From positions 149,172,001-149,236,000 of the forward strand of contig OZ024743.1 in assembly GCA_964016885.1 (NCBI GenBank): DNA of 64,000 nucleotides, read 5' to 3'. Source of the DNA: Eledone cirrhosa. Taxonomy: Eukaryota. How positions within the stretch are numbered: the first letter of the stretch is position 1; the number at the start of each line of letters is the position of its first letter. Shown here in pieces: positions 49,560 to 63,757 of this stretch. The notes beneath the pieces were generated by a model. The model made no database searches and was not told where the DNA came from. It saw only the letters and a list, made by a program, of their open reading frames with translations. The position numbers and the translations under genes were made by a program.

Positions 49560-49842
49560 TTTATTATTATATTAACACTCATAATAACATCGACAACAAT
49601 AACAACGACAATAATAATTATAATAATAATCCCGTCCATGTGTCTGTGTATGTGTGTGTATGAGAGAGAGAGAGCTTTGTTTTTATTGTATTTATTAGTA
49701 ATATGTTTTCTATGATTTTTTTCATTTATTCTTATTTGTTGAGTTGCAGTCCCTTATGATACTTCTTGCTGTTATGCATACACAGAGTAATAGCTACTAC
49801 ACTCACACACACACTCTAGGTTCAGTAATACTACAAAACACA

Positions 49843-51120
49843 CATTGTTAGCTGTCAGGACACTCCATCCTTCAAAACTTCCATGCTTCCCGAAATTCGC
49901 CAACACTAAACCTGATATTTCCCCTCCATACACTTGCAAGCATGAGTGTGTGTGTATTTCATGACTCATACACTGTTCACTTTCCTGACATTTGTACATT
50001 ATTCTATGTACTATACATGCACCTTTGGTGAGTTGTAGTGCATCTGAATACTGTACATAATAATTTTCATTATACTATATTGATGTATCATTCTGCCAAA
50101 AAGACCATATACACACTGGTAGTAGTACACTTCTTTATATATAAATAATCCATTACTTATTTATTAGTTTGTCTGGATTATCAAAACATATTGTTGTCAT
50201 GCATACCTATGGCATCCTCAATTAATATCTTTTCTGCAACTGATTTTAAACTTCGTTTTGTGCTTCTTATTTGTATGTTGTTAAGCATTGTGGATTGGCA
50301 GTATCGGTAGAGGGTCGGACGCCATGCTTTGACGCATAGTTACATCCCTTTACGATTTGAGTTCAAATCCCGCCGAGGTTGACTTTGCCTTTCATCCTTA
50401 CGGGGTCAATAAAATAAAGTACCAGTAATGCACTGGGTAATTGCTGGCCTTGTGCCTAAAGTAGAAACAATTATTGACAATATAAATAATTGTTTCTACT
50501 TTTTGGCACAAGACAAGCAATTACCCAGTACATTACTGGTACTTTATTTTATCGACCCCTTAAGGATGAAAGGCAAAGTTTACCTCGGGGGGATTCGAAC
50601 TCAGAATGGCAAGGGCCGTAACTCTGTGCGTCAAAGCAAAGCATCCGACCCTCTACCGATACTGCCAATCCACAATGCTTAACAACATACAAATAAGAAG
50701 CACAAAACGAAGTTTAAAATCAGTTGCAGAAAAGATATTAATTGAGGATGCCATAGGTATGCATGACAACAATATGTTTTGATAATCCAGACAAACTAAT
50801 AAATAAGTAATGGATTATTTATATATAAAGAAGTGTACTACTACCAGTGTGTATATGGTCTTTTTGGCAGAATGATACATCAATATAGTATAATGAAAAT
50901 TATTATGTACAGTATTCAGATGCACTACAACTCACCAAAGGTGCATGTATAGTACATAGAATAATGTACAAATGTCAGGAAAGTGAACAGTGTATGAGTC
51001 ATGAAATACACACACACTCATGCTTGCAAGTGTATGGAGGGGAAATATCAGGTTTAGTGTTGGCGAATTTCGGGAAGCATGGAAGTTTTGAAGGATGGAG
51101 TGTCCTGACAGCTAACAATG
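49843..51120. repeat. Large inverted repeat: apparently identical 477-bp arms around two tail-to-tail SINEs
   Basis: 49843-50319 is the reverse complement of 50644-51120, and the same ORF translation appears on both strands. The SINEs at 50290-50475 (+) and 50486-50673 (-) differ internally. Confidence 0.92.
49961..50027 (+). CDS. Candidate signal-peptide first exon (MTHTLFTFLTFVHYSMYYTCTF-G); mirror copy at 50936-51002 (-)
   Basis: ATG, 22 mostly hydrophobic codons and a phase-1 consensus donor G|GTGAGT. Confidence 0.3.
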
Positions 51121-51456
51121 AAATAATTTCAAATACATTGTTTCACAATAAAACCTTGCTAAACGAATACTCTATGTATATATAAATATATATGTGTGTA
51201 TATGTGTGTATTGGTTTGTGCATGTGTGTGTGTGTGTATGCGTAAGAAAGGTGAGGTCCCCAGCTGATCTGGGGAGAAAGTAGCTCCTATTAAGCACTGA
51301 CTTGGTTTTTAAGGACAAGTCCAAACAATGTTAGCATAGAAAAATGAATGTAAAATGGCAATATTGATGTAGTTCATGCTGATGATGATATGATGATATA
51401 TTTTTATACACACACACACTCATACACACACACAAAGGGCAAAGGAGCTCTTAAGA

Positions 51457-51888
51457 GTCAATGGCCATCCAAAATCACCGGGAGAGATGACCCCTTAGCC
51501 TTTGTCAAGGCAGAATTCTAGGAGAAGGAAAACTCTGATATAACACCTGCAACCCTGATGGTATCCAATGATGTTGACTTGTTCTTCTTTTTGGTAAATA
51601 TCATCTTGGTTAAGAGAGTGGGACTGGCTTTGTGCAGTGCCTTTGCTCACTATAAAAGCTTCACGGCACAGGCATTGCTTTATATCTGGAGATCTCTCTG
51701 CACTTGTCGTCACATGGTACCATGGGCCCAGCACTATGTGTCAATAATTGTCACAAGTGTAGTGTTTGTACCAGAGTTTTCAAGTCGCTGGCTGGACTAA
51801 AATGTCACACTCGTTCAGCACATCGGTAGGGGTTCTCCTACATGGATATAAAGTAGTGGCCATACTCGAAAACGAGTTGGCAGCCACC
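51457..51888 (+). mobile_element. Structured non-coding retroposon copy
   Basis: Near-identical to 16737-17169, with a (TATG)n tail. Confidence 0.85.
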
Positions 51889-53061
51889 ATGTATGTATGT
51901 ATGTATGCTTGTATGTATAGGTCTAGCTTAGAAAATAACACTTTTTTTTTGTTTCTGAAGACATCTCACAAAATTATTATATTACATCGAGATTTTAGTA
52001 AAGATTTTGGTAGAAATCATATAGAAGAATTATTCTATTTTACAATCATTTGTAGAGAAATTTATTCAATTTAGATATAATATCAAAAAATAGTTGACAA
52101 TGATGAATATCTATTTTTTGCTTATTCAGTAAATTTTGAAGTTTAGAAATAAAAAGAAAAACAAAATTGAAATTATTGATTTTCATTTCATACTTATGAA
52201 TTTATTTTTACTTTTTGATGGGAAGAGTGTTTTAAATGTTTTTGAATGTATAAAGTAAATTCTAAAATAATGAAGGGGAATTGTCAAAATCATAGAGAAT
52301 AATTCATATTTTCATGGGTTTCTTTGAAAAAAATCAGTTCAGTTGTGAGTGATGTAGTTCCTATTATGTATGTGAGTGCATATGTATTTGTTTTGTGTGA
52401 GCCTTTCTTTTCTTATGAGCATATGTGTGGCTGTCAGTCTAAAAGGGCCTCATATAGGCATGGGTTGTTGTTTAGACCCAGGTCAACCCTAGGTGTCCAG
52501 GAATGAAGGTACATTCAGGAACAGCACATTGTAAACCAGATTATCCAATATGTCCTTCCATTTTTCTTTTTTTAAAGGGGTGAATTAGCTGAGTTGTTAG
52601 GACACAGGACAAAATGCATGATTATTAGTCACATTCAGCAATTGATCAAGACTGAACTATATTATTACACCCCAAAATAAGTTTTAGAAGGCAGTTTTGT
52701 CAATGTTTTATACATAAAGCAGTTTTTCTTTTTGGGTAAATGTATTTGATGTTCAGAGAGTGAGATTGGCCCCATGCAAAGCCTTTCCTCACTTAAAAAA
52801 GCTTCAAACACAGGCATCACTTGATATGTGACATTTTTTGTGGTGCATGATATTGCTGGCCATAGGCAAATCCCTAGCAGGACTAAAAAACCACATCCAT
52901 GATACTCATATTTCAGTATCAAGTGATGGCATTACGCGAAATCGAGTTGCAGCCATCATATATGTATGTATGTAATTAATATATTTAACATATTTACATG
53001 CACACACACACACATATATGTATGTGTATGTGTCTGCTCGAGCAGGTGTATATATATATAT

Positions 53062-53407
53062 ATCATTTCATCATTCATTTCATTTTACGTCTGCTTTTTC
53101 TCTGCTTGCAAGGGTGGGACAGGAACGGATTTTGGCTTGATTTCTACAGCTGGATGCCCTTCCTAACACCAACCTCATTTACATTGAGTGCTGGGTGCTT
53201 TTTTGCCATGGCACCTCCACGACCACTTTGCAGTGGAATGATAGGGACCCCAGTCCCTATCATCTCATTTCTACAGCTGAGTAAACTGGAGCAATGTGAA
53301 ATATAGTGTCTTGCTCAAGGAAACAACACATCACCCGGTCTGAGAATTGAACTCACAACCTTTCAATTGCAAGGCCAATGCTCTAACCACTAAGCCATGT
53401 GCCTCCA
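53062..53407 (-). mobile_element. tRNA/RTE-tail SINE
   Basis: Homologous to 6663-7010. Confidence 0.9.
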
Positions 53408-53871
53408 TATATATATAAAAATTTCCATCTACCAAATTTCTCCCTCAAGGCATGGATCAGCCTAAGGTTCTGTGCAATGAGACTGAACCTGAAGACAAAT
53501 GGTTGCAAAGAAAACTCCTTAGCAACACAGTCAAACCTACATTTATATTAATGAGTTTAATGTGTGTGTGCATGTGTATGAGCACATATATATATGTTTG
53601 CATTTCACATGGCTCTTGTGAACTCATCTAGCAAAAATAAGTTTTACTTGAAATTCAAACTACTTTTCACACACTGTGTCACACTGAATCTCCCTGAGTT
53701 AAGGGTACACATGGCTGTGGAATGCCCAGCCATTTCACACTAATTCTATGGTAGGTGCTCCATTGATCATATCAACTGGAACACTTATCATCGAAACCAA
53801 TGTAGGGCCTACACACATGTATGTATGTATGTGTGTGTGTTTGCATGTATGTATGTATGTTTGCATGTTAT

Positions 53872-54480
53872 GTCGGGTCATTCTTGAGTGTTACTTGTAA
53901 CATGTAACCCAGTACAATCTGTCACATGGTCGGGTCGTCGCCGACTAAACCACCAACCCCACCAAGTTTACTGGGTGAGGAGGGTGATTTTAGACACCCT
54001 GCAGGACAAAAAACAAAACCTGACAAAGGGCGGAAGAACTCATAAGAGTCAACGGCCATCCAAAAGTGTGTAAATATGTATATACACATGTACATATGTA
54101 TGTATATGTGTATATACATGCGTGCATGTGTATGTATATGTGCGGGGACATAGAAATAATCGGGCTGGACACCCGATCACATGGTTAAACTACTGGGAGT
54201 GAAGGACCCCTAGCCTTTGTCAGGGCATTCTTCTATGAGAAGGCAACTCAGGAAACTGGGATATAAAACCTGTGGCTCAGTAGTTACCAATAATGTTGGT
54301 CTTTTCTTCTTTTCGGGTTATAGCTACTGTCGCTCAGAGAGTGGGATTGGCTCAGTGCACAGTCTTTCCTCACTTTAAAAAATATCTTCACGCACAGGCA
54401 TTGCACGATAGAATTAATTAATAATTATTAATAATGGTATATCGTGCAATGGCCATACTCGATAATGAGGGGGCAGTCAT
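53872..54480 (+). mobile_element. Longer divergent copy of the structured non-coding retroposon
   Basis: Shares taagagtcaacggccatccaaaa, tagcctttgtca, gagagtggga.tggc, gcacaggcattgc and ggccatactcg. Confidence 0.7.
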
Positions 54481-56369
54481 CATGTTTGCATGTATGTATG
54501 TGTGTATGTTTGCATGCATGTATGTATGTATGCTTGTGTGTATGTATATATATATGTATGTAAGTATGCATGCATGTATGTAAGCATGTATATGTGTATG
54601 TATGTATATATGTATCTATGTATGTGTGTATATATGTTGCTATGTTTATATGTATGTACATATAACTTTTTTTTTCAATAAATATATGTACATATGTATT
54701 TTTAAAATTCTTGATATTTAACTTACATATCATGGAGTAATGTCAGAAGACAAATTATTTTGTAAATAAAAGATAATTATGATTTCACAGATCAAGCTAA
54801 AATTTGTCATTGAGTTGATATTTCAAAATAATTTGATTGTTAACAACTTTTTAATGAACAGATTGTGTTTTGAGAATGTTCTACATATTTATTAAGTTAA
54901 AGCAAAGAACCTCAAATTATTTTCATTCTTCTTTCCATATTTTTTTTTATTAATTTTCCATAACATTGTAAACTCTACTGTTTTCTGTTTTCTTTTGATA
55001 ATTGTTGTTTGTTTTTTCATTAATTATTCGTGTATTTTTGATTTTGTTTGGTTAGTAAGATAAATTTATATATATAGGTTTCGCGCTCTCTCTCTATGTA
55101 TATATGTATATACTTACATATATATATATATATATGTATGGATGTATGTATGCATGTATATGTATAAATGTATATATGTATGGATGTATGTATGTATGCA
55201 TGTATATGTATAAATGTATATTTGTATGGATGTATGTATGCCTGTATATGTATAAATATATATATACACGTGTGTGTGTATGTGTATGCATATGCATATG
55301 TAATTATATATAATGCAATAAATTTGTTAAAAACTTTTATATCCAAGAGATAAGTTGTAATATACAAAATTTAGTGAAATTCACATAATTTTCATTTGAC
55401 GAATATGAGCATTTTGCTGGAAAAATTGTTATTTCTGCAGCTTGTCAGTCTGATATATTTGTTATGGATGTTTGGATTAAAGTTCCACTAAAGAGTTCTA
55501 AGTAAGAGATATCACACTTCTCAAACTGACAATTGGACCCCCCCCCCAATCCTCTCCCTTTTCATAAGAACTCTCTAATAGAACAAAAATCCATAACAAG
55601 CTTATTCGAAGCGTATTCAACAGATAAAGATGTTGTCAATATAAAAATGTTTGTGTATATATATGCATATGTGTGTGCCAGATGTTGTGACACTGGGTGG
55701 ACCATCGGTATCGTTGGTAGGGGTCAAACCTGCCAAAGTCCATCTCAACGGCTGACTGATGACCCTGGAGTTCTGTGTCTTTCGTTTCTATTTTTATTTT
55801 CAAAAAATTATTTTTTAAGGTTTCGTCTGAAAAAAATTGTTTTGCATTTTGCTTTGTTTTTGTTTGTTCTTTCCATGTTGATTTTCCTAAGTTTATCATT
55901 ACTAACCTCTGAGGAACGTGTTTTCTCTTCTCCCTTCATTATTTCAATGGCTCACAATTTTTTAAAACGATTTCTTGCTTTCTTCTTCTTTATTTTCATT
56001 TTCAAAAATAATAAAACATTTTTTTTTAAATTTGCCTTGTTTTCGTTTGTTGTCATGTCCTGTTTTTGTTGATTTTCCTAACTTTATATGTTGATTTTCC
56101 TAACTTTTTGTTGAATTTCCTAACTATATATGTAGAGAAAGATTTTCTTAAATTATTATATATATATAACACAAATTAGTGTTTGCATTGATATAATCAT
56201 ATATATAATGTGTTTTTATACTTACAAAATGTATGTGTGCACACAGAAAAACATACACAAACACGCATGCACACATACAAATACATATTGATTTACTTTA
56301 GATTCATGGGACTATATGTATACTTTACCATAAGTTTATTAAACTATACAGACAATATATGTATATATA

Positions 56370-57193
56370 TCATCATCATCACCATTTTACGTCTGTTCTT
56401 CAATGCTAGCATGGGTTAGACGGGTTGTCCTGTTGTGGGCATTGCCAGGTAGGGTGACCTTGTCTTGCTCATACGGGAACTGATTTTGGCTTTATTTCTA
56501 CGGCTCGATGCCCTTCCTAACACCAACCTCATTTACACTGAGTGCTGAGTGCTTTTTGCGTGACACCTACACAACCACTTTGCAGTGGGAGGGGATGGGG
56601 CCATATTGTTTATATGCTTCAGCTTCGGCTTGTACCCATGGGAAGTCATGATGCCAGAGGTCACGGTCCTGTGTCATTACCTTTGAGAGGAGCAATTGGG
56701 CATGGTCAACTTTTATCATCTCATCCCAGGTCTTCTTCGGCCTCCCCACTCCACGGCTTCCATCAACTTTTAGTGCTCTGCACCTTTTTATGCAGCTGTC
56801 ATCCTACATATGCATCACATGTCAATGCCAACACAACCTCCTCTCCTGCACACAACATTTGATTCTTCTTATGCTCAGTCTCTCAATTCGTTTATGCTTT
56901 GCCGTTCATGTATATTACTATTACACATCCATCGGAGCAAGCAAACTTTGTTTCTTTCTAATCTACGCAAGTCTTCTACACACAGCGCCCAGGTCTCACT
57001 ACCATGTATCATTGCTGTTCGTATGCACGCATCATACAGTCTGCCTTTCATTTTGAGGGGAAAGCCTTTTGCAGCTAGCAGTGGTAGTAGTTCCCTGAAC
57101 CTCTTCCAACATGTTCTTACCCTGGTTACTGTACTTTCAGAACATCCACCTCTGCTGCTAATTTGGTCACCTTTGTAGCTGAAGCTGTCTACT

Positions 57194-57196
<3 letters not shown>
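56370..57196 (-). mobile_element. RTE 3' fragment
   Basis: Minus-strand VDSF, KRFRELLPLLAAKGF and GRPKKTW, with a (GAT)n tail. Confidence 0.85.
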
Positions 57197-57240
<44 letters not shown>

Positions 57241-57242
<2 letters not shown>

Positions 57243-57443
57243 ACAAAGGAGGTGTGTTAAGGAACCAGATGGACCATAATGCACCAGAGTACTCAATACT
57301 TAGGGTAGTAGAGTGGGTAATAGGAAAATGTTAGACCCCGACAACAGAGCTCAAGCCATTACGACGGCTATTTCTCGACTCAAATATCCAGAAATACCCG
57401 TTGAAACAGCTTGAGCTCTGCCGTCGGGGTCTAACATTTTCCT
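57241..57443 (-). mobile_element. Fold-back repeat family copy
   Basis: aggaaaatgttagaccccgac pairs with gtcggggtctaacattttcct, and the copy lies in (TA)n. Confidence 0.8.
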
Positions 57444-57515
57444 ATATATATATATATGTATATATGGGTGTAAATGTGTCTTTGCATAGACATATATATA
57501 TAATTATTGGGATGG

Positions 57516-57549
<34 letters not shown>

Positions 57550-57770
57550 AGAGAGAGAGAGAGAGAAAGAGAGTGGGACAGAGAGAAATTCTATGCTTCT
57601 ACAATTAAGGAGACGACTAATCATGGGAGTATTCAATGCATAGGAAGATGCAGACTGAGTATTGAATGTAAAATCCCAACACAAGCCAAAAAATTGGCAC
57701 TGAGGTCGGGATTTTAAATCTCTCTCTGTCCCCTCTCTCCCTCTCCCTCTCTTCCCCTCCTCTCTCTCTC

Positions 57771-57820
<50 letters not shown>

Positions 57821-57824
<4 letters not shown>

Positions 57825-57940
57825 AACCAGTAAGACCCCGAGCTGAGGACATACTGGTTCCTATTACCCACTCTACTACCTCAAGTATTGAGTACTTTGG
57901 TGCGTTATGGTCCACCTGGTTCCTTACCACATTTCCTTCG

Positions 57941-57942
<2 letters not shown>
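57821..57942 (+). mobile_element. Fold-back repeat family copy with short arm
   Basis: taggaaccagta...tactggttccta followed by the family tail. Confidence 0.8.
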
Positions 57943-57983
<41 letters not shown>

Positions 57984-58208
57984 CACATATATATATAGTT
58001 GCCACAATATCCAATTGTTTCTATCTCCAGTGGTACTTTACCCTATTTAGTCAATAATTAACTATATATATATTTATCAACTGTATATAGATAATAGTAC
58101 GATAAATATTTATCTTAGCTGTCTGCATTTTGGTGACTGAATATTGAAATTTGAAATTTCGCAATGCTTCATAAGTCACCTAGACCTTGTGTACACACAG
58201 ACACACCT

Positions 58209-58239
<31 letters not shown>

Positions 58240-58242
<3 letters not shown>

Positions 58243-59762
58243 TTCGTTTCTAAATTTGTTTAGCAAGATTCTTTATCTGAAAATGTGTGTTGAAACCGAT
58301 ATTGTTATACTTTGGGAGGGTCATGTTGCCAATAAGAAATACACGCACCAGTTGCTTTCACTTCAATTTATTATAAATTAAATTATAAATGTTAAAATTT
58401 ATAAATTTCCGGTTGGTTGGTTCCACAACCAGACAGTTGTTCATATATTGTCAAAGTTATTTGGTCACACATTCTGTGACCTCTTCAGTGACTGGGGATT
58501 CTTTTCTTTATTTTTTATTTTGTGCCTCTCCTTTGTTCTGTCCTACGCCATCTTGTTTTTGTGTGCTTAGTTTGCGCATGTGTTACATCCGGGTGTCTGT
58601 CTGTTTTTATTTGTTCATTTATTTGTTTATTTATATGTTACTAGTTAGTTGTTTGCTCTACGTGTGTGTGTTTTCATTTTGTCCTTAATTGTGAGTTATG
58701 ATGTTGCTATTCCATTTAATTTTGCTATTCTATTTAATTTTGGTTGGAGTTCATTTAAGTTTATTGCCTCTGTGATTTGTCTAAACATTGCATCTTTTCT
58801 GTGTGTAGATTTTATTTTTATTTCTATGTTCTCTAATTTGCCCTTATGTTCTATTTTAGCATGTTGGTGAAGTACTGATGAGTCTTTTCTATCTTGGAGT
58901 TCTCGCCAGTGTTCATTTAATCGTTCTCCTATGCTATGAGCTGTCTCACCTATGTACATTATATTCTTATCTTTACATTGTCCCTCAGTACATCTTATGC
59001 TATATACTGTTTCTAGTTTTACAGTTAATATGGGGGCTTAGTTTACAGATTATGCATTTCCTATCTATACAGAGGGGTCTCTGAAAAGGGTATGTATTAC
59101 TTATAAGTGTTTTTATGGAGGTACCTGGTCTTTCCACTATCTTAATATTTAGTTTAAGTTTATCTAGGGCCCTTCTAAATTTGTAAGCTAGTTCACCTCT
59201 AGGGGTTGTATTGATGAAAATTACACTCTGGTATTTATTGCTATCATACCATGAGTTTATTTTATTAATCTTATTTCTAGTTCTTTCTATTCTATTCCAA
59301 AATTTGCTCCTATACAAGGGGTAGGTCCCATTTGTATCATTATTTACCATTTTTTCCCATTTGGTTCTGGCTCCTCTATATACTCTGATTTTATCTCTCT
59401 GATTGTAACTGGAGAATTGCATACAGTGGATGAAGTGTTGTATGTGTCTCTCTAGTTCTTTGGGGTTGCACATGCGGGACACATTCCTCATCACCCTTAC
59501 TAAATCCGCAATCAGTATGTTGATTTTGGTGTGATCCGAAACAGCTGAGTTTCGGTGGATCAGATATTTGGAAGTCATGGGTTTGGCATAATGGGAAAGA
59601 ACTTTGACAATATATGAACAACCGTCCGGTTGTGGAACCAGCCAACCAACCGGATATTTATAAATTTTTAAATTTATAATTTAATTTATAATAAATTGAA
59701 GTGAAAGCAACTGGTGCGTGTGTTTCTTATTGGCAACATGACCCTCCCAAAGTATAACAATA
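58240..59762 (-). mobile_element. 5'-truncated Penelope-like element with inverted terminal repeat
   Basis: 59600-59762 is an inverted copy of about 58299-58458. It carries a decayed ORF and a hammerhead remnant at 58450-58492. Confidence 0.88.
58696..59578 (-). pseudogene. PLE RT thumb, Cys-rich linker and GIY-YIG endonuclease, frameshifted
   Basis: LIADLVRVMRNVS...KIVERPGTS...CIDRKCIIC; YIGETAHSIGERLNEH...RQITEAINL...LN. Confidence 0.85.
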
Positions 59763-61061
59763 TATATATTTGTAATCATTATAATAAAATACAATCACAT
59801 TGTGCTAGATTTGTTCAGAAATGATAATTTGAGCATGTGTGTGTTTTGATATCTTCCTCACCCCATCTTTCTCATGCAAAATGTAAACAAGACCTATAAG
59901 CAAGGACTGATTTTAATCAATGTAATCTACCAGTGACTTTTTCTCTTTTTTGGTGATAGTGGGTCGCTTTTTTCTATTTATTAATCAACTTATTTGATTT
60001 ATAATTTATGATAGTTTGATATTCTGAATTTTTCATCTGATTCGGGTTTCATCAGCAGGTTTTATGAGCATGTATCTGGCTGTAATCAGACTAACTTTAA
60101 CCCTCATTGTCAAGTTAAATTTATTAAATGTTCTGCTGATTGTCGGTTTTACTGTTGTTGTTTAGGTCAAGTTCAACACTGATCAAATAGACCTATGAAA
60201 TAATCTTCACATAAGAAGATTATTACTACAAACCAAGAAGGGAACATGCACACAATTGCTTTACCAGCAAGCTATAGTAGCCAAATCTTTCACAACTCAC
60301 ACACATTAACATTTTCAAAGACATATTGGATAATATAATTTGAAATAAAATATGTCTGAAAAGACTGGATAGTTATAGTTAGAAGGGATATAAAATAACA
60401 ATATCTACGACTATCGATGTTTGAAATGAACTGTGTCTAAAAGGATCAGATGATCATGGTCAGTATATCTTCATGTTCAAGAGATATCGAGTATCAATAA
60501 ACTTAGCATCTTATGGACCTCGTCCTTGTCACAATTTCATCATTGTACCCTATTGTAATAGCAAACCTTTCTGTCATGTCATTTACCAAATGCCAAACAG
60601 TTTTATTAAACGTTATGCCTTTCCTACTATATGATATCATGCTGATAAGTTGGTGAATTTCTTAGTAAAAGGGAGACATATGTTGATGGAAGGGCTATAG
60701 AAAACCAAGGATATCAAATCAAATATATTTGCAGTTAATGTTTTCAATATTATTCCCCCTAGAGCAACAGAAGAAAGTAATTTAAACTGAGGGTGTACTT
60801 GATCAAGCAGACCTAAGATCAAAGATTCCAACTCTGACCAAACTGTTTTCTTCCCAAACATTTTTTCTAGGTTTTTCTAGAAAATTTGTCTGATATTTCT
60901 AGTATATTAAAAGGCTTCCTTGTTGCCTTTGGTAATTTGTCTGCATGTTGAATGACGAAGTACAGACTCTTCTGTTGACTCAGAAAATGTGTTTATTTCT
61001 AGCAAGTATTTTGTACAATAATGATAATTAGTGTAACCTGAGGAAATTCTATGTTATAAAC

Positions 61062-61402
61062 CAGAGGATTTCAAAGTGGGCGCTACCCCCGCCCCCCATA
61101 GCGTTGAGACGGTCACGCACTGAGGCCTAAGGGGCAGTGGGGGAGCAGTAAAGATGATATAATATATTAAATATCAAATGGTACATATATATAAATATAG
61201 TAAAGTTTTTAAAATGTATATTTAGTTATACATAGTATATATATATAATATTATTTATTATATATAAATTAATGATTTCATTTATTACATATTATTTACA
61301 ATTTGCCTGTAAGCAGTTCTCTCTGAATATCAGGGGGTTGGGCGCTGAGGGTATTACGTGGCTGTGAGGAAGGTGGTGGGCCAAAAAGTTTGAGAATCTC
61401 TG
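61062..61402. mobile_element. hAT (Charlie-like) MITE
   Basis: TIRs cagaggatttcaaagt and agtttgagaatctctg, with an 8-bp target-site duplication ttataaac/ttataaat. Confidence 0.85.
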
Positions 61403-63429
61403 TTATAAATGCTCTCATTTCTATTTTGTGCATAAAATATATTTATGTGTAAAATTTCAATTATATTTTCGATTTTGTTGCATTGATAAAGTTATTAATA
61501 TCAAACAGCCTGAAACCTCCCTAGATTTATTATACATAACTGCTAATTTTAAAATGTTTATCCTCACATTAAAACCTTTTATAATTATATTTTAGAAATT
61601 TGTGTTAAGTAATGTTTTAAATATCAGCTTACTAATGAAAAGCAAAGGTATTTTATTAAACTCTATCAATTTTTTGGTTATTTTCAAAATCCATTGAACT
61701 ACATAAGCAGTGTATTTTATTAGAAATAAAGTAATATAAGAGTTAAGTTATGTCATTATATTCATGCAATGGTTAATGTTGTTTAAAGTATAACACCAAC
61801 ATTTGCCTTAACCCTTAAGCATTTAAACCGGCTGAATCTGGCCAGAATTCTCTCACCTCTTTCTTTTCAAACTGACTGTAACTAGCTGCTCATACTGATG
61901 TTAAGGTATTGTTCTGAAATTAAATAATATCGAAATCTCTTAAATTCAATATTATGTGAAATAATTATGTAAGATAAAGACTTTACTGTGAAAATACAAT
62001 AGTAAATATAGAGTAATGAAGTGCTAAAGTGTAAATTAGTATTTCATTTCATTCCATAGTTGAACTTGTTAAAAGTATAACATTTGAACTTCTTCCCCAA
62101 TGTAAAGATTTTTTCCTCCATTGTCACATATTTAAGCTTGTTTATAACATATCACTTGAACATATATCATAACAAGCAGAATAATATTTTATTTTCTGAG
62201 TTCAAATCCTTCCAATGTTAGCTTTGCCTTTCATCTTTACAGAGTCGATGAAATAAAGCACCAGCAACTTTAATCACCAAAAAATTGTTAGCCTTGTGCC
62301 TAAATCAGAAACCATTATTATCATTAAAAATTGGTAAACTATGCAAATACGTAAATACGTAAATATATATGAATAACCAACTTTTACTGTGACTTAATAA
62401 ATCCTGACAGAGTCAACTTTGCCTTTCATACTTTCCGGGGTTGCTAAAATAAAATACCAGTCAAGTACTGATTTTACTGACCTGTCAACTCTCCCCATCC
62501 GATGGGAAGATCTCCTACTCACTTTGGGGTGGGTGAGAGATGTCTTCTCTTGTGAAAATGGGTATAGCTTTCATTATGTAAAATCTCCCCATTTTGGCTC
62601 ATTTCTCCCTGTTTTGGGGCACTTTTATTCATAGTACACCCCATTTGGGATTTTAGAGGTTGGCAGGTCTGAGGATGATATAATTGATTTTCTCTTCTCC
62701 CAAAATTGCTGGCCTTGTGCATAAATTAGAAATAATAATCATCATCATCATCATCACCATTTAATGTCCATTTTTCTATTCTTGCAGGGGTCAGACGGGT
62801 CGTCCACGTTGACAGACAAGTCTGGCGAGGATTGGCCACACTGTACCTTGTTCTAATGGGACTGTACATTTGGCCAGGGTTTTTACAGCTGGATGCCCTT
62901 CCTAAAACCAACCACATTTACAGTGTGGGACCAATGCATTGGAATATTCAGTTAAAAAGCTTTAAGTTTTGAGTTCCAATCCCATTTAGGTCAACTGTTC
63001 TTTTCATCCTTTCAGCATTAATAAAATAAATACCAGTTATATACTAGAGTTGATTTAATTTTGTGGCCTCCTGCCTAATATTATTATCCTTAATATTGCT
63101 GTCATTGTCATCATCATTATCATCATCTATTTTACATTATCACCTTAAGAAATATAACATATAAACATAACATATAAATAACTATAACAATAACAACAAA
63201 ACATTATTATTACTATAAAATGTTCAGTTGTTTTAATATAAAAAAAATTGAACTTATAAATATATAAATAAATAAATAGATAATAGATAATTATATAAAT
63301 ATATAAAAAAATAAATATAAAAATAGATAATTATATAAATATATAAATAAATGCTTAATAGTAAAAATGAAAAAAAAAAAAAGTAAAATTACACTTAATG
63401 GGGATAATTTCCTTTCTGTTGTGTCTTAG

Positions 63430-63678
63430 ATTTTTTTTGTTTAGTTGGAATCCTCCTCCACCTCCTTCTCATCATTATCATCACCATCATCATCATCATC
63501 TCCTTCATCAACTTCTTCACCATCATCATCATCAACTTTTTTATCATCTTCTTCATCATTATCATTATCATCATCATCGTCATCATCATCACCATCATCA
63601 TCACCACTACCATCATCACCACCACCATTCTTCATCAACTTCTTCACCACCATCATCATCAACTTTTTTATCATCTTC

Positions 63679-63715
<37 letters not shown>

Positions 63716-63719
63716 CTAC

Positions 63720-63757
<38 letters not shown>

